Source: Marsupella aquatica
Taxonomy: Eukaryota > Plantae > Marchantiophyta
Assembly: GCA_973895155.1 (NCBI GenBank)
Contig: OZ316898.1
Span: 8,791,079 to 8,855,078 of the forward strand
Direction of reading: 5' to 3'
Length of the DNA stretch: 64,000 nt
Positions 23,243 to 37,164 of this stretch are shown in pieces. The notes beneath the pieces were generated by a model. That model did not search any database. It was not told the DNA's origin and was given only the letters and a program-made list of their open reading frames with translations. Each line of letters opens with the position of its first letter. Position 1 is the stretch's first letter. A program made the translations under genes and the position numbers.

Positions 23243-24418
23243 ATGTGGACCCAACCACAATTGCTCCAGAGTTACTAATTTTTTAGACTTTGGATGGCTA
23301 ACCAACCTTATTAGTAGTCCTGAATCCAAATTATAGAAAGGAAAGCAAAAAAAGCAAATGAAAGGGGTTGGGTTAAGTCATTTTCTTAAAGAAAATAATC
23401 TCTTAGTAGCATGGGGTTCCAATTTTGGGTTGTTTGGCAGGGTTGCAACTGTTGGTCACCCATTCTAGCAAGAAATACATTTGGTAGACCCCTAAATTGA
23501 AAAGTGTTATTGTGATGAATACTCAAGGGTTTCACTTCCACAAAAATGGCACACCATGTGAGACAAACGATAATGTCGTTTTATTGGTTCTAGGGAAGAT
23601 TGAAGAATTTTCTCATAAGAACAATAGGTTCCTTTTAATACAATTTTGAGACTTAGAACATTAGTGTATTTTTCATCAAGTTTTATAGAGGTTAAAATGT
23701 AAAAAAAAATCTTGCATTTTAGAGGATCTGAAACCTAAAAATGTAGTAGATGATGCGTGGGCGTCCATATAGTGAGACCCTTGAGGATGAATCCCATGAA
23801 AATTTGAAGTTCTATCAATGATCCATATCACTCATGGATCCATACGACACACTTTGCATTTGGGGGTCCATTAAATATATATCTTCCATTTTGTGCCCTT
23901 GTTTTTGCTTTCATTGCTGCCTGTGAATTTTGGCGCATTGTCGTGAGAGATATACCTAGTGGACCTCCAAACCAAATGTTTCCTCTTAATGGACCAAAAA
24001 ATGGAAATTCTCTCCTAGTGGACCTCAAGTTTTAGATTCTCTCCCAATGAATCTTTGGGCCCACTCCGTAGAGCAATGTTCTTGTGAAATGGCTTCCCGA
24101 TGGCTTAACACACAGTTCAAATTGACTAAGTATGTAGCCTGATAAGAGTGTCGTTGGTCAAGTGTAGTTACATCAAAAGGTAAATGTGTACTGTGCGGAT
24201 AACACAAGGGCCATAATGCAATAGCCCCGAGTGGTCTCCCTCCTTAATTGGTTGAATACATTATTACTATTGTATTCAAACTAAAATGAAGGATGTATGG
24301 TGGTATTGAAGCACCCAAGTGCCATAGCAATGTTTATTAAGTTGGATGAAACATTGTGGATAATGTATTCAAACTGCAAATGAAAGATCTTATCACCGCA
24401 TTGGTGTACCCAACGTCC

Positions 24419-24666
24419 TAGTGCCACCTCCTAGCTTGGTAGAATACATTATGATTGTTGTATCCAAATTAAACTACAAAGGAAAAAGTTTATGGCCACA
24501 TTCATTGAAGCATGCAAGCGTCGTAGTTGGGGCCATAGTGTATAGTGCCACCTCCTAGCTTGGTAGAATACATTATGATTGTTGTATCCAAATTAAACTA
24601 CAAAGGAAAAAGTTTATGGCCACATTCATTGAAGCATGCAAGCGTCGTAGTTGGGGCCATAGTGTA
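24419..24666. repeat. Perfect 124-bp tandem duplication, preceded by two diverged copies (~24230-24418)
   Basis: 24419-24542 is identical to 24543-24666. Confidence 0.9.
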
Positions 24667-26861
24667 CTCAACCCCATTGCTTTTTTGAAGAGAATGTGAA
24701 CATTATATAATGTGCCCTCCTTCTATGAAACCTGTTGGTAACCTGCTTGTTCTCATTTAGTTTCATTTCTCAACATCTTCTTGTGCCACTTGTTCTTGCT
24801 TCTCCTACTCATGTTCTTGCTCATGTTAGTCCTATGGCTACCCCTTAAGATGTGCAAACTGCAATGCAAAAGCAACCATAAAATATCATTGGGCCAATCC
24901 AAGTTTATGTTTATAATTTGGCGGCTCTTAGGCTTAATACATAATGTATTCTATTCATTATCATTTTATGCGCATACTCTCCGGTTTGTCCTAAACTCTA
25001 GTCCTCTAATTATTTGTATACATTGTTGTACAAGTTGTAACTGCAATGCTCTGTGCTATGGCTGCATGGCGAACAATTGACTTCACATTGTCAGTAATTG
25101 TAGTCGGACTCATTTGGGGATGCCCTCAGACACTCATCAACTATAGAACATCCTGCATTTTACAATGACTTTTCACATTATGCTGAGAATTATGTTATAA
25201 GAACTTTTTCCACTATATAGTACCTTTAGTGGACCGGGAAGTCCACTGGTCAAGATATATCTTTGAGTCTGCTAAAAAAAGAAGTTACATTTGGAGATAC
25301 ATTAACTGTAGTTACATTTACAAGGCAATTAAACTCTCCCATTGTTGCACTCTGAAATCTTGCCAAATGCCAAATGAACTGAGGGCGCCAGGGCGGTTTA
25401 AATTCAGTATCCTTTCGCGCTGCCAAGTGAGTAATGAGCAAAGTTAAGCCCAAAGTACATTAATGATTTACGAGCTCCCTATTTACGTGTCAAAGAGTGA
25501 GCGTAGAGCAGTCATTTGGTTTGCCATATCTATCCTCGTCGACACGTCCAATGGCCCCTTCACTCTCTCTCTCAAAACGTGGCACCCGATTCACGGTTCA
25601 AGCCCCTGTGGCGACGAACCGTCGCCTGCATGAAAGGCCGTTACGGATGGCGCTCTACGGTACGTGGGCCCTGTACCCAAGACCGTTACTGTCCTTGTTA
25701 CCCAAAGCCAATCCCTGAGTTAAGTTAAGTTATTAATTACTCAGCGTTTAATTAGTTTTCAAATTAATTAAACAAATCGCATCACTGTGAGCTCTAGCTG
25801 AGGATACCCTCCCGGGTCTTGGAATTTTGCATTTGTGGATAAGAGTGTATGGTTAGATTTCTTTGTGTAATGTGCTATTATGCGGTATCATGGGAATGTT
25901 GCCAGTGCTAGTTTGTGATGCAAGTTGACCTCCATGAAGTGAACCAACAGCATCAGGGACCCAACATGTCATATATGTATATATACAATGACACTCACTA
26001 GCTACAGGGGCAGTTGTAGCTTGGACAAATAGGGAAAACATCCAACCCAATATCATGCTTATTTCTCCTAGGAGAAACAATCCTAAACATAACTTACTTT
26101 GCTAGCAAACTCAGTCCCTAAGCTAACCAAAACTTGTTTTCAAATATCTTAACTATTGCGTCAGGTGTTAGTAAAATGTAATTTTGGGACTCCTCTTTTG
26201 GCTAGCCAGATGGAGTCTCAGAAATGCCCTAGAAATACAAAAGTCAGTAAAGATCAAACCACATGAAGAACCCTATGTGACTCCCTAACGATACTGCTGG
26301 CAAGCCCCCTTCACCCTTACTTGCCCTAGAAAAGAAATTGTGCCTGCTTGCATCATACAATACCTCCTAGCTACAGTGTTTTGACATGCCATGGGCCCTG
26401 TAGGAGTCATATTCTTGTGACTTACTGAATTGTAGATCCCCTGCCTTAAACTTGATCCCCTTCATCATCCGTGTAGTTACACTGTCAATAAAAATGACAT
26501 TAACTCAATTGTGCATAAGTGTTCATAAACCCTTATTTTGCACTTATATACTTGTTCGTCAGTGCAGCTTTCTTTTCACTTACAAAAAGTGCAAAACAGT
26601 GCAAAATGCTCAGGGAAAAATAAGAAAGAATAGAACGTCTCGCAAATAGCCAGGGCTGCACTTATGGAGTGTACACTTAGCGAAAGGTGACTCCACCAAC
26701 TAGTCTCGTCTAATGATGAATATCTGAAGGAGTGGTGAATGACTAATTCTGATTAGTTGTGGGATTTACAGGTAAGCAGAGAGATCCGAGGGACACGTGG
26801 ACGACGGAAGGTCTACTTAACGAACGCTCTACAAATAGGGAAGTTTCTGATTAGTCTTTCA

Positions 26862-27243
26862 GAGGAGAAATGTTGGAGAACTCTTCATTGAGAGCTCTGT
26901 CGCACGAAAGAAAAATTCACCCACTGTAGAGTACTGTTGCTCGTTACAAGTGCTTCTGTAGATTGATTGTTCGCTTGCCATTGAGATTTGGTCGAGTGAT
27001 TTTGTGAGGCGATTATCAGTGTTGCAGATTAGTGTTTTTGAGGGCTTTTCATCGAACGCCCTGTCGTGCGGAAGGAAATCTTACCTACAGTAGAGTACAG
27101 AGGAAAGTGGTGGAGAGCTTTTCATTGAGAGCTCTGTCTCCGCGAAAGAAAATCTTACCTACAGTAGAGTACTTTTCCTCGTTACGAATCCAGCTAAAGA
27201 TCGATTGTTAGCTTGCAACTGAGATTTGGTCGAGTGGTTTTGT
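26862..27243. repeat. Diverged ~140-bp duplication (period ~238 bp) upstream of PARP3, probably in a 5'UTR intron
   Basis: TTCATTGAGAGCTCTGTC...GTAGAGTAC...GAGATTTGGTCGAGTG occurs twice, with a partial third copy between. Donor CAG|GTAAGC at 26772. Confidence 0.7.
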
Positions 27244-28088
27244 TTCCGCTTTTTGCCGGTGGGCCAGTGGACGGGATGTCAGCTTGCGGAGGAGAGTGAG
27301 GAATCTAGTGGTGATTCTGATTCGGTCCCGTGATCGGCCTAGTGAGCTAGTCGACTCGAGTGTCTGATCGATCACGAGTACAGAAAGTGCGGTTACTCAC
27401 ATTTGTACGCCTGATCTACAGTACAGTAGGTTGCCATCGTTCATCGTCAACTCATTCAGCTCAGGTTGCTTCTTTAAAATGAAGTGAGTTCTTTCTCTTT
27501 CCTCTATTGTCGTCCATCAGAATTGTTTGAAATCATCTGATAATCCAGCATAGTTCTGGGACTCGAACAGACATTTTGCATCTCAAAGCGAACTATGGGT
27601 CCCTGAATGTTGAAGGTAGATGTGGACGCAGTGCAAGAAACAGAGCGAAAGGAAAACAATTGTTCGCTAAATGATCAAGACCGAACTGTTTCTCCGCTAT
27701 AACTTACTGAACTCGAAGGCTTTGGGTTCTTGTTCGTCATGGACTCACGAACTGGCCGGGGATGCGATGCTGGCGTTGCATGTAGTTGACTCTGGCTAAG
27801 TGGACATGCTGCATTGGCCAGAGTCAATTACTTGCAATGCCAACAGAGCAGATCACCTATCATAATTAGTATCAGCAAACGTAGCCAAGGGCATCGTGGC
27901 CGCATATCACGACTGTAGCATAGATTCAACTTCATTGATTCCACAATGCCTCTGGAGAAATGTACTGTCTTGGGAATTCCTTTGATACTCTGTCCCTATC
28001 TTGCAATTATCTATTCTTGCGGATACTTCTGCTATGGTCACTTCTATCGTTTGACAACGAAGCTGCATTTTGAAATAGGGAAACGGCG

Positions 28089-31000
28089 ATGGAGACACGA
28101 GGTAAAACGCGCCACGACCAAGCGCAGAAGGAGGATCCTGCTGCAACTCAGGACGCTCAAGGTGGCGCTGCTAAGCACGCTGAGAAGAAGAATTCTGGGT
28201 CAGCGCATGCTAGGCGGGGCAGAAAAACTGAGAACAAGGAAGCTCATCGTGACGAGTCTGACTTGGAAGAGCACGCGAAGGATGCTCCAACTAGCGGCGA
28301 AGAAGAAAATCCCAAGAAGACCAAGCAGACGAAGAAGGAGCATGATCACGACGAAGCCATGAACGGTGATGGTTATAAGAAGACAGCCGAAGAATTTGAA
28401 GAGTACGTACAGCAGTTGCACAGTAATGTGGCATTGGAGGAGATCAAAGCTATTCTCGAGGAAAATGGCCTCGATACACTGGGATCTGACGAGCAGCTAT
28501 ATCAACGCAGGTACGCATAAGTGTTATTTGTCTTGATCAATGTGTCCGAAGTCTCTCTGTATATCTCTGGATAAAGAAGACCCTGTGAAGAATTCCTTCA
28601 CATTTCTGACATGTTTGCCAGCAACATGTTGAAGCTTAGGTGCCTGGTACTGAGTTGCATGTGCTTGAAGTTTGTATGTAGTGTCGTGGGATTACTTGAT
28701 TGGCGTCCCAAATGTAACAGGAGATCTTCAAACCTTCGGAAGTGGACGACGTTGACAAGTTTGGGTTGCGCGAGTATAGCTTTCGGCGGGTTTAGAGTGT
28801 TTCAACATTTAAGTATTGCTTTTGCTAGACTCTGGGAATTTCGTTATTGGAGTTGATGAACGGTAGAGGTGCCAATCGAGACCCTTGCTAATAAACTCGT
28901 GCATGTTAATGGCCAGTGCCGATCTTTTATTCTTCGGTACCTGTGAAGCCTGTCCATCTTGTGGCGGCGTGCTGGAGTTTACCGGCCAGACCTACCATTG
29001 TTCAAGCTATAGCACCGAGTGGGCCAAGTGCAACTACACTACTGTTGAAGGCCGTAAGGGAGGAAAGGCCAAACTTCCTTCGAAAGTGAAGAGTGATTTC
29101 TTGAAGAAGGTACTGATCTTGGTTTGACGCTTCTGGGATCACGAATCATGATTAGACCTTAGCTTCACACTAGATGAAATCTCGCATGTTTTTACTATTC
29201 ATATACGTAGGGCCTACTAGATCTTAGTTCTATATTTCTTGGATCACGAATGATCGATTCGACCCTAGCTCACTCTTCATAAAATCTCGCATGTCTACTA
29301 CAAAGACATTTTGCTCCAAATCATGTAGCTTCATTTACAGTTGGCTTGGTTCAATTCTGGGAAAAGCGGTTTATTGAAATGAAACTTGGTGTTGCTTCAT
29401 CTTTGCGCAGTGGGTGAAGACTCATGTAATTGTGCCGCGCCTTTTCGACCCCGCGGACAAACCCTTCTCAGGAATGACCTTTGTGTTAGTTGGGCGAATG
29501 TCCCGTCCTCAGGTACGTCTCACGCTAGACTCTCACAGGATGGATTTGATAACTTCGAACTGAACTAAGCGTTCATTTGCAAGTATCTTGAATAGTAGGA
29601 GAATTTTTTTATTTGACATTCGTTCTGTCTCCCGTAATTTTTTCCGAGGGCATCACTGAGTCAGCTACGCATAGGAACAATCATGTGATCACTAGTCCTT
29701 CACGAGTCTGAACTGCCTCACGAGTACGATCGATCATCTCGGACTCTGTAAATAAAATTCGTCCGCTAGAAACGTCAATTTCGCCTGACATGTCCCTTGG
29801 TCCACTGTGTCGATGACACATGGTCGGCAACTTGCACAGGGGGAGGTAAAGAAGGATATCGAGAAGTACGGAGGAAGAGTACTGAATTCAGCTCGAGAAG
29901 GTAATGCTGCTGAAAGCTGGGCTCGAGTCAGTTGGAATTGATTGAAGAATTAGTATCATTGAACTGTCTCGGTCGCCTCATCAAATTGAAGACAGGATGG
30001 CTGAAAGCATAAGCATGTGGTTGCAGGCGTAACAGCAATGCTATTAGCAGACCACGAGATCTCGCGAGGAGGAACGTCGAAACTGGAGAAAGCAGAGTAA
30101 GTACGCTCACCCTGTAATCTCTACGTTTTCTGCTACGCTTCTTGGCAACATGCTCTATGTTTCCTGCTATACTTCTTGGCGATAATTCAGAAACTTAAAC
30201 GCTCACTTTGTAATGTTCTACGTTTCCTGCTGCGCTTCTTGGCAACATGCCCATGTCTCCTGCTACGCTTTGTAGCGATTATGCAGAAACTTGAAGCTCA
30301 TGCGCGGAAACCTTACAAGGAACGATGATAAATCGCACTAAAAGTTCGAATGAGATTTTTTTCTGGAAAAGTTTCTCTCAATTGCAGCCGAAACTTTTGC
30401 GCGAGCACTAAATCGCTTTTTATGAAATGGAAATTGCATCGACCTACCAAAAATACAGTGATTTCGGAGTGCCAGTCTGCCGCGAATCCTGGCTGAATGC
30501 GAGCATCGAAAAAATGCAAGCGCAGCCACTGGTTGCATATGACATTGATGACAAGGCAATACCGTGGGACATGCTACATCCCGAGGATGAAGCTTCCGAG
30601 GCATTGATGGCGGAGTTGAAATTGGTAGGCAAAAGAGGAGTTTACAAGGACACTCGACTCGAAGAAGATGATGCCGGTAGAATTTATGAGAAGGATGATA
30701 TCATCTACAACTGCGCTTTCTCACTCTGCGACATCCATGTGGACTTAAATCAGTTAAGTGAACTTCTGGAGAGTATTACGTGCTACAAGGCAGGCAGGGG
30801 TTGGGATTTTTGGCTAAAGCTTGATCATCGGTCATCGCGCATCGGTCGATTAGAAGCTTCTGAATGCTAAATTTAGAATTTAGAAGGAGATATGTCCAAT
30901 TGCTTCGCTTTGCTTGAAATTTCTTACCTGATTACCAATTTTTGTTGGTGTTCCTTTTCATTCATTTCAATCTCGTGAGTTAGGAGAGTTGCATGTGTCC

Positions 31001-34000
31001 GAGAAGAAACGTAAGAGCGGATAGGCCCTGGCCTAGGATCCTTTGGACTAACGTAAGTGCTTTACGGTAAATTGTCCAGGTACGCTATATTGCAGCTGAT
31101 TGAAATTCAGGGTAAGAAAAGACGACGTATGGGTGATCGGAAGGGGGACGTCTATCTTTACGTGAAAGAGGGGCGAGTGGGCGACAGACGCGGGGTGCGA
31201 GAGCGTCTGGACAAGCAAGACTCGCCGAAAGCTGCCGTGAGAGAGTTTACCAAGGTTTTCGAGGAGTTGAGTGGGAATAAGTTTATGGAATGGAAGTTAA
31301 AGAAAAAGATTTCGAAGAAACCTAACAAGTATTTTCCAATTGACATGGTAAGTATGCAATTGCTGCAAGGGAGTGTTTCGTTTCTCGAACAGGATTACCC
31401 GACTGGAGAGTTGTGGCAGGATGTGAGGATGAACATTTAGGTGTAAATCAGAATGGAAATCGTCGTCAGACGAAACATGTAACATATATTATCCTTGTTG
31501 AGTTTTGCGAAAACGTCATCAGACAGTATGTAGACAATAATGAATACACATCCTAGCTCGGTTGTGCGAAACTTGAGAATCCTTAAGGGCGCTTGTTGTC
31601 TCGTATCTTTTGAGTGGACGTTTGCGATTGACTTCGTGTTGTTGTTTCAGGCACCAGGAGTGGATGCAAGAGCTGGAGCTTTGGGAGTTAGGCAGCTGGG
31701 AATTGCTGCAGCCCACAGCCAAGTGGATTCAAGAGTAGTTGAATTCCTCAAGACCTTATTTAGTCAAGAGGTTTACAGGTATTTCAGATTTGAGAACTCT
31801 TTTGGATCTCTTACGTATGAGTATTCTATCTGCAGTTCAGTGCTTTCGTCTTCAGAATGTTTCGACGAAGTGAGAGAGAGCTGCCAGGGCTGCAGCTCAT
31901 TCCTAATACGCCTGTTCAATTGACTGAAGAAATAACTTCTATCACTGACTTGTACATTGTGATGATCGATACACGATGACGGTAGATATGCTATGTCTGA
32001 AATTGGTGTCGACGCACCTGATTTGCCGACAGGCAACCTGACAAATTGGCACATTGATTTATGTGAGTGAACTCTCCCTTTCTCCCCTTGAGTATGCGAA
32101 TCTCGGAAAACGAGGCGTAGATGTCGATGGACAGATGCATTACTGGAAAATCTGGTGCGGGCCTTTGAAGGTGAGGGATTATTTTTAATTCCTCTGAACG
32201 GAAAAATTCTACAGGCCAAAAATACTTAGTCGAGTTCTGCGAGTATCTGAAGACTGGGAAGGACAACGAGCAGAAGAAGGAGCAGATCTGCCTAGATTTC
32301 AGCAACAAGTGGTTTACACTCCTTCATTCAACGCGTCCATTTGTCATCCGCAACTTGGGTGAATTGGCAGAGCTGGTAAGTTTAACGCCTTACACTTTGA
32401 AGCTAGAATGACCTTTCGGACCCGCTACAGTCATTTGTGTATTGCGAATTCGCTGTGGATTTGAATGAAATGTTTTTTCGAAACAAATCTGACTTCTGTC
32501 GTTGAAACCTTCTCAGGCTGCTCCGACTTGGGAAACGGTACGAGATATATCACACGCGTCAAGTCTTCTCGGTGACATGACTGGGGATACACTCGACGAT
32601 CCCATAGCAGATCGATATGCAAAAATGGAGTGTATGATGACGCCTTTGGATCGCGAGGGGGATGATTTCAAAATGATTTTGAACTACTTTAGCAAGACCA
32701 TGGAGCCTCTAAAGTTTGCTGAAGGGGTATAGAGATCTCAAAAACTTATTTGTAAAGATGCACGGATTTGTAGTTGTCTTCTGGTGTTCGTTAGCAGTGC
32801 ATATCCATTTACATGTTGAGGTCGATGGTTGCAAAGCCCCGCCATAAGTACTGTCATTGTATTGTGGACTGCAGGAATATGAAGTGACAATTGAAGACAT
32901 TGTCCAGCTTGAAAGCAAGGCCGGACCATCGCTGAAAGACATTCTGAAAGTTCACAACCGAATGCTCTTATGGTGCGGTACGTGCAAAATTTCCGAAGCC
33001 TCACTGAGAAGCATTCATACTGTCTTGACAATGCTGCAACGCAACGAGTAAAATGTAGAATTGAACGCCTTCATGTGAAGTGATACCAAAATGGCCTCGT
33101 GGCAGAATGAGTTGTGCTGATCATTACAATTGTGCTGTTGAACTGATCATGACCATGATGCTGAGGGCTTACGAGAACATTATGGATGGACCTTCATCTG
33201 AAGTTCAAATTTAATTTTGTGAGATCAAAACAGTTAGAAATTACAGTACAACGTGAACTGCTTTGCGGGAAATACATGAACATAATTTACCCTTCGCACG
33301 CGTGGGTTTTGTGTCCATCAGGGATGAGAACCAGCAATTTGCTCGCTTCCTTGCACAGAGGATTGTTGCCAGCACCTATTGATGCACCCGCTCCTTACTA
33401 TTCGGTACGTCCTATCTTCTGATGGAACATTATATATACAGGGATGACATTTTCAGTTCTGGAAATCTTCGGAAAGAAAAGATGTTTCATTCATTTCCTG
33501 GCTACGTCCGTCCTGAAGCATTGATATGTGTTGGGGACATGCTCATGGCAATAATTTCAATTCCTTTGTTCTCAGCTTGGGAAGGGTATATACTGTACCG
33601 ATGCTGCTGCCAAAGCAGCTCAATATGGCTTCACTGGAGTGGACCGGCCCGAAGGCTTCCTTCTCCTTGCAATCGTTGGACTCGAAGATCGCCTTGAAGT
33701 CCAAGCCCCCGAGAAGGTATGTAATAGTAAAGACATCCGAAATGCTATCGAACTGATTCAAAGTGAGTGCTCCACAATTGTATGTTTGATTCGTGGGACA
33801 ACTTCTCTGTGCAGCCGGTGAAAGAGTACGAAGAAGCAGGCGTGTGCGTGAAGATCAATGGGAAGAAGGGTCTCGAGAACAAAGAGTATATCCAGTGGAA
33901 GTACGAGGTGACCGTTCCGTGCGGAACTATAACAGAATCGAAGGTGAAAGGTGTCCGAGATTACATGGAGTTTAACGAATACGTCGCGTACGACCCAATG

Positions 34001-34279
34001 AAGGTTTGCACACGACACAAGTTATGCGGACAGTGCGATGTTACTTCTTGGATTCAGGTAGTTGTCATTTGAAGGCAAGGTTGGTGTCCACTGATATTGA
34101 CGATACGGAGTTTTCTCGAATTTTGACAGGTGATGCCAATGTTTTTGGTGAAAACGAAGTTCGAGATGGTGAAATCCGATGAGGGAGTTCTGATGGATAC
34201 TGACGTTGAAGCCGACAACGCCGATGCCGATGAAGATGCAGCCGATGCTGCCGAGGCGGATGCTGCCTTAGAAGAGTGA
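28089..34279 (+). CDS. PARP3: Poly(ADP-ribose) polymerase 3-type protein (PADR1/Zn3, BRCT, WGR, regulatory and catalytic domains), 16 exons, ~883 aa
   Basis: Exons with GT-AG boundaries that join in frame: 28089-28510, 28917-29109, 29411-29512, 29840-29900, 30027-30096, 30459-30752, 31080-31347, 31651-31778, 31986-32062, 32215-32375, 32517-32726, 32875-32977, 33322-33404, 33576-33716, 33815-34003, 34130-34279 (2652 nt). Motifs CPSCGG..C..EWAKC, VCRESWL, GKRGVYKDT, LLWCG, GKGIYCTDAAA, GFTGVDRPEGFL, VPCG, FNEYVAYDP. Confidence 0.93.
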
Positions 34280-34819
34280 TCAAGATATCAAACTTGCCAC
34301 AAGGTTCTGTACAACAGGAGAGTTTAAGGTTAGGGTAGGACTGTACAGTTGACGCGATCAGTCCTCTCCCTTCCTGTAAAATTCCTTACGTCTGGTTCCA
34401 ACATTTCCCAAGAGTGCCGGACCACGTTTAGCGCTATGTTTTGTATATTTGTGACGAACTTGATGTCCCAGAGTTCAGAGAAATCTGTAGCTGCAAATCT
34501 TACTAGTTCATGGATACTGAGGACGTTAAAAGGCTTGGTTTTTGTTCGGATCGTTGGACGCGATTTTAATCTGAAGTTCAGTTTTTGACATTTGAGCAAC
34601 TGTGAAATGTGTCGAAACTAGATTTAAATTCAGATATAACGCAGTTCGACAACTTTGAGCTGTAATTTTGCGAATACAACAGGATGTTGGACTTGATTTT
34701 TCGGAGTGATTGTGTGGAATCTGAATGTACAATTTTGAACTGTAATTTGCAAATAAATTACAACCTTGGACTTTTTAACGTGCCTGGCGAAACTATTCAC
34801 AACTGACTAATTTCTGCGA

Positions 34820-35171
34820 TATAACCCTGAACTTTCCAATAAACAGTGAATGATCGAAAGTAGTACTGTACCAGCGATGTAATCATTTGAAAAAAATTGC
34901 ACGAAAGTCATCTCTTCGAAAATGGCACAGAAATACCGCAATCGGAAGACTTAAATCTTTTAAGTATTAGGTAATATACAATCCTGAACTTTTTTATAAC
35001 CCTAAACTTTCCAATAAACCGTGAATGATCGAAAATTGTACTGTACCAGAGGTAATCATTTAAAAGAAATTGCACGAAAAGTAATCTCTTCGAAAAAATG
35101 GCACAAAATTCCGCAATCGGAAGAATACATCTTTTAAAGGATTTAGTAAATACACAATCCTGAACTCTTTT
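34820..35171. repeat. ~175-bp tandem duplication between the PARP3 and PPC4 3' ends
   Basis: TATAACCCT.AACTTTCCAATAAAC.GTGAATGATCGAAA...CAATCCTGAACT starts at 34820 and again at 34995. Confidence 0.85.
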
Positions 35172-37164
35172 CGAAACAGTTCGTGCAAATATTGTCTCAC
35201 GCTCAAGCGCTTTCAGTGATATACTGACCCTACATCTTCGACGATAACCGATGTTCTGTAAAGTAATTCAGATTTCTGTAAGTAATGCTCTTCAGTTCGG
35301 AACATCGTCTGCAGGGGTTCCATCAATGTGCTGGTCTCAATATTACAACATCTCCCTTTACCAGTTTCACTGTTTTCATAGCTCCGGAGAAAGTTGGGAG
35401 TGACAGAATATCGCTAACGAATTTCAAAATGACTGTCGTAATGTAGAGAATTGTCGTGTGAACCTGAACTTTGGCTGAGAACTATCGAGAACTTTTCGAG
35501 AATTTTTCGAATTTGCGCTGCAATATTGCCACACTTTTCGAGAAGCGATAGTTCTCTTGCAATAGGAAAGTACGGCGTTTTAGGCACTCGAGCAGAAATT
35601 CTTACTATCTCAGGCTGACTTATCGATTTACTGAGCGGGTGACTCATTTACAATTATAAATATTGAAGTTGACAGTCACCAGTTGCTCTCTGTTTTCAAT
35701 TGTCAGGATGCTTGTACTGTGTCTTTGATTACGAAGAGGCGGGCATCCTTGCTTGAAATAGTGCACACCTTCTGAGTTCAGAGTCACTGGTGCGCGATGA
35801 AATCCACGATTCACTCTACAGCTTCATGATTGCGTGGTCTGACCTCTGTCGAACGAACGAAAGAGCTGTGAAGGTGGACCACAGTTGAGAGGTACCAGAA
35901 ATCCCGTCTTCAGAAACCTTGTCCTTTGAGCACACTGCCAATACTTCATCTAACAGGGGAGATGATTTGGACCTACGAGTTGAGAGCTGTGGGCAATGAA
36001 AGCTTTCGATCCGTTTAGGGTCGCAGGACGCCAGGAATGATAAAGATGGAGGAGGATTGTATTGCAGCTCATTTGTGGAGAAGTTTGTATAAACTCCCTT
36101 CGGTGAGAGGGAGCTTTCTGCTTTCAGTCGGCAGCGATGTGAAGGGGAGAAACAGGTTATGACCCTCCATTGCCTGACTTGTGCGGAAATGTTCTTGAGT
36201 GATGTCGGTGTCGAAGATTTCATCTACTGTAGGTAGCTTGAGAGAATGTCTCTAGTTTCCATTGGAAGGAAACTTCGTGACAAATTGCAACCGACAAGGA
36301 GAGAGGAATGGTTTGAATTGGAAAGGTTTCACGAATCGATTGCGGCTTTTTAATGCAGAAAATTTGCAGTAATGTCGACTAGTTCGTGGTACAATATTCG
36401 CATCTACGAAATTGATTTCGAATCTGGCAGAGCATTTCATGTATCAGGTGTGAACAAACCTGTGCTCTAGTGACGCTTTAGGTGTGGCGAACATTTTACC
36501 GTCCATTCCCAATAGCTCGTCTTCAGTTGCAACTGTGTACCTCCTACAGAGTCTTGAAAGTGATCCAGAATTTCTACCCTTCTTATCCCTCATCCAGGAG
36601 GCAAGGAACTCTTCTAAATTGCTATTGTTGCTGGCAATGGGGACCTAAGGTGGAGGTCGGGGGTTGCAACATGAGAGATATTTCACATAGGCAGCGACAA
36701 ACACGGAGCTATTTGTCCCATACAAGTTTGAGCCTACAACAATACTATGACCGATGACCATTGACAGACTATGACCAACCGATTGCACATTCAGAGTGCC
36801 ATTGCCGTCATAATTTCGTGAATAGCTTGGGTGGGCGGATACGGTGAATCGGGCGAGAATATTTCACAATTCCAGGATCAGCTTTTTTACATCAATAAAT
36901 CAAAGTTTCTCCCTCGTCCAAAAAATGATTGCTATTCATAGGTACATACGAACATAGGGCAAACTCCTCTTCCTGGGGAGGGCGGGAGCAAGATCAGCGA
37001 AAGAGAGTGGAGATAGTCGACAGATTCTTGCCAACAGTTTTGGTTGGCGCAAAGGTTTGTAGATACATGCATGCAAATATTCTACAGAGCTTAACGGCTT
37101 TAGGACTGCAATTGTGGTTAACAGCTTTAGGCCTTTTCTGCGCTCCGAAAATACCTAAGGGCAA

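Noticed and set aside
32135-32170. Possible 36-nt in-frame cassette exon in PARP3 intron 9
   Set aside because: AG/GT boundaries fit, but the downstream intron would be only 44 nt, and PARP3 homology is continuous without it.
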